Part shown: positions 62,655 to 64,000 of the stretch, in pieces
Layout of the letters: every line of letters begins with the position of its first letter
How positions within the stretch are numbered: the stretch's first letter is position 1
Assembly: GCF_018977255.1 (NCBI RefSeq)
Contig: NW_024704742.1
Coordinates: forward strand, 119,848,001 to 119,912,000
DNA length: 64,000 nucleotides
Direction: 5' to 3'
From: Callorhinchus milii
Taxonomy: Eukaryota
Position numbers and translations under genes: made by a program
Notes under the pieces: model-generated
What the model saw: only the letters and a program-made list of their open reading frames with translations
Told to the model about the DNA's origin: nothing
Database searches by the model: none

Positions 62655-64000
62655 GACAGCTGAACCAGGGGGAGGAAGGTGACCAAAGGTACGGTCGAAA
62701 ACAAAGGTCTTCAGCCGAGACCTGAAAATAGGAAGAGAGGGGGCGAGGTGAAGGGAGAGAGGAAGGGAGTTCCAGAGCCTCGGGGCATAGTGGCTGAAGG
62801 CACAGCCAACGAAGGTGGAGCGGAGGACTCTGGGGACAAGGAGCAGGCCAGATCCGGTGGAACGAAGGCAACGGGCACTGTTGTGAGGAGAGAGGTCAAA
62901 GAGGTAGGGGGGTGCAGAGGAGTGGAGGGATTTGAAGACAAGGGTGAAGTTGATCCTCCCTGGGACAGGCAGCCAGTGCAGTCTGGCAAGGACTGGGGTA
63001 ATCGGGTAATGGAGTTTGGTGCGGGTAAGAGTGCGGGCGACAGAGATTTGTATGACCTGAATTTTATGGGTGGTAGTGGAAGGGACACCAGTGAGGAGGG
63101 CGTTTGAATAGTCCAGCCGAGAGGTGACAAAGGCGTGGATGGACCAGGGTTTCAGCGGCTTTTGGAGTGAGATATTGGCGGAGACGGGTGATGCGTCGGA
63201 GGTGGCAGAAAGCGGTACGGGAGAGGAAGGATAATTGGGGGTCGAACCTGACACCGAGGTTGCATGCATGTTCGGAGAGTTTAAGGGGAAGTCGGGTAGG
63301 TGGAGGAGGTGAGAACCGTGAGATTTTAAACGTTGACGAGAGCCAAAGAGTATGGCTTCCGTCTTGTCAACATTTAGCTGAAGGAAATTTGCGCTCATCA
63401 GCCCCTGAGGTCTGACAGACAGACTGACAGAACTTGAGGGGACTGGGGGTGGAAAAGTAGAGTTGGGTATCGTCCATATACATGTGGAAGTGTACCGCAT
63501 GTTTGCAGATGACATCCCCAAGAGGGAGCATATAGATCAGAAAAAGGAGGGGGACAAGGATGGATCCTTGGGGTACCCCACAGGTAATCGGATGAGAGTG
63601 GGAGGAGAAGCCATTTGTGCAAATGTACGGCTGGAGGTTTGTGAGGTAGGACTCGAACCAGGCGAGTGCGGTCCCACTGAGGTGGATGACGGAGGAAAGG
63701 CAGTTGAGGAGGATGGCATGATTGACTGTGTCGAAAGCGGCGGAGAGGTCCAGGAGGACAAGGAGGCAGAGCGAGCCCTGGTCACAGATAGAGGGGATGT
63801 CGTTTGTGACTTTCACAAGTGCAGTCTCTTTACTGTGGGCAGGGTGGAAACCGGACTGGATGGGTTCGAAGATGGAGTGGGAGGAGAGGTGTGCAAGGAG
63901 TTGATTTGCAACAACGCATTCTAGGACTTTTGCGAGGAAGGGCAAGTTTGAGATAGGGCAGTAGTGGCTGGGGTTTGAGGGATCTAGGGAAAGTTTTTTG
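62655..64000 (-). mobile_element. L2 LINE ORF2 reverse transcriptase region, frameshifted; runs off the window
   Basis: ORF 63367..63945 reads PFLAKVLE...QSGF...ETALVKVTND...LLDLSAAFDTVNH...GVPQGSIL...YMDDTQLY; ORF 62652..63521 reads HAFVTSRLDYSNALL...LHWLPV. Confidence 0.95.

Larger units (their letters stand above)
1..64000 (-). other. ERBIN: ERBIN (ERBB2-interacting protein) transcription unit, 5'-partial; 23 coding exons between 1410 and 55596
   Basis: Spliced exons give an LRR array, LAPSD motifs ([48 protein letters not shown]), a long linker and a C-terminal PDZ (ELGFSISGGIGGRGNPFRPDD...[15 protein letters not shown]...). This matches human Erbin as I recall it. All introns are GT-AG with matching phases. 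No upstream LRR or ATG exon was found in 55600-64000, so that stretch is intron. Confidence 0.97.

Noticed and set aside
22966..63945. Reverse transcriptase-like ORFs as a retron, DGR or other novel RT system
   Set aside because: The motifs and 3' tails are those of CR1 and L2 non-LTR retrotransposons. All are truncated or frameshifted and lie in introns of a vertebrate gene.
55600..64000. Upstream ERBIN coding exons or promoter
   Set aside because: I found no LRR-coding exon with valid splice sites and no CpG island. The gene start lies outside the window.

Overview
This is vertebrate genomic DNA, not prokaryotic. The mix of DeuSINE-type SINEs and young L2/CR1 LINEs suggests a cartilaginous fish, possibly a holocephalan; that assignment is inference. 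The whole window lies inside one minus-strand gene, ERBIN (ERBB2IP/LAP2), an LRR + LAPSD + PDZ scaffold. I reconstructed 23 coding exons by hand, from 55596 (mid-LRR) down to the stop codon at 1410-1412. All have GT-AG boundaries and consistent phases, and about 1.4 kb of 3' UTR follows. The ATG and first LRR exons lie beyond the right edge. Introns are filled with 5'-truncated L2 and CR1 LINEs and several tRNA-derived SINE families that share the L2 3' tail. I found no CRISPR array, operon or prokaryote-type system, and nearly all short ORFs in the supplied track are intronic noise or LINE debris. The most interesting signals are regulatory: (1) a three-copy repeat, one copy inverted, sitting just downstream of three donors in the phase-0 C-terminal exon block; (2) an RBFOX motif cluster before a cassette exon; (3) a pre-miRNA-like hairpin made of tail-to-tail CR1 ends; (4) a 69-bp L2 tip with an intact target-site duplication. 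Repeat boundaries were estimated by eye and are approximate.
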